A DNA stretch of 64,000 nt from Candidatus Ozemobacteraceae bacterium (lineage in GTDB: Bacteria; Muiribacteriota; Ozemobacteria; Ozemobacterales; Ozemobacteraceae). The stretch is from NCBI GenBank assembly GCA_965140445.1, contig OZ223236.1, positions 192,001 to 256,000 of the forward strand, given 5' to 3'. The notes beneath the pieces were generated by a model. The model was given only the letters and a program-made list of their open reading frames with translations. It searched no databases and had not been told where the DNA came from. Below, piece after piece: positions 63,836-64,000 of the stretch; positions within the stretch are counted from its first letter, which is position 1, and each line of letters opens with the position of its first letter. A program made the position numbers and the translations under genes.

Positions 63836-64000
63836 ATGAGATGTATGGTACTCAACTTCAGGCGTTTAAGCGCCATTTGCTTAAGCATAGTTTTCCTTGT
63901 TTCACTTGGATTTTTTCCTTCTTCTGCTCAGGCAGCCGGCAAAGACATTAATATAAAAATAGCTCAATATGCCAGCTCCATTGATTTTACATGCCCTGGC
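63836..64000 (+). CDS. Exported protein, 3'-truncated by window end
   Basis: GAGGTG RBS; MRCMVLNFRRLSAICLSIVFLVSLGFFPSSAQA-AGKDINIK... open to end. Confidence 0.7.
   Translation, partial: MRCMVLNFRRLSAICLSIVFLVSLGFFPSSAQAAGKDINIKIAQYASSIDFTCPG

Noticed and set aside
63724..63951. 75-aa ORF in the track
   Set aside because: A different frame from ATG 63836 has an RBS and a clear signal peptide

Overview
AT-rich bacterial chromosome segment that is almost entirely coding. No IS element, integrase, prophage, rRNA or CRISPR array is visible. Housekeeping genes include tmk, rapZ, spoVG, tRNA-Gln, a shortened glmU, prs, eno, secG, mscS, speB, larE and nagB. They are mixed with signalling genes (RsbW/RsbV pair, two GGDEF cyclases, two HD-GYP phosphodiesterases, a sigma54 activator), many TPR/HEAT proteins, SLH-domain proteins and beta-barrel-like envelope proteins. 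The content suggests a diderm with Firmicutes-like syntenies, reminiscent of Ca. Riflebacteria, but that is inference only. Best leads: (1) an SrfB/SrfA/SrfC-type operon (actin-fold ATPase, membrane pseudokinase, dynamin-like GTPase) with an inserted GrpE-like gene and a leading Sel1 gene; (2) two Hsp20 pairs 17 kb apart, each with a sigma54 promoter and a shared upstream motif offset by one helical turn; (3) a YmdB homologue lacking its metal ligands, next to an HD-GYP gene; (4) a GlmU cleanly lacking its acetyltransferase end; (5) an unannotated 44-aa zinc-ribbon microprotein and three sigma28-like promoters. All family calls come from motif recognition by eye; no searches were run.
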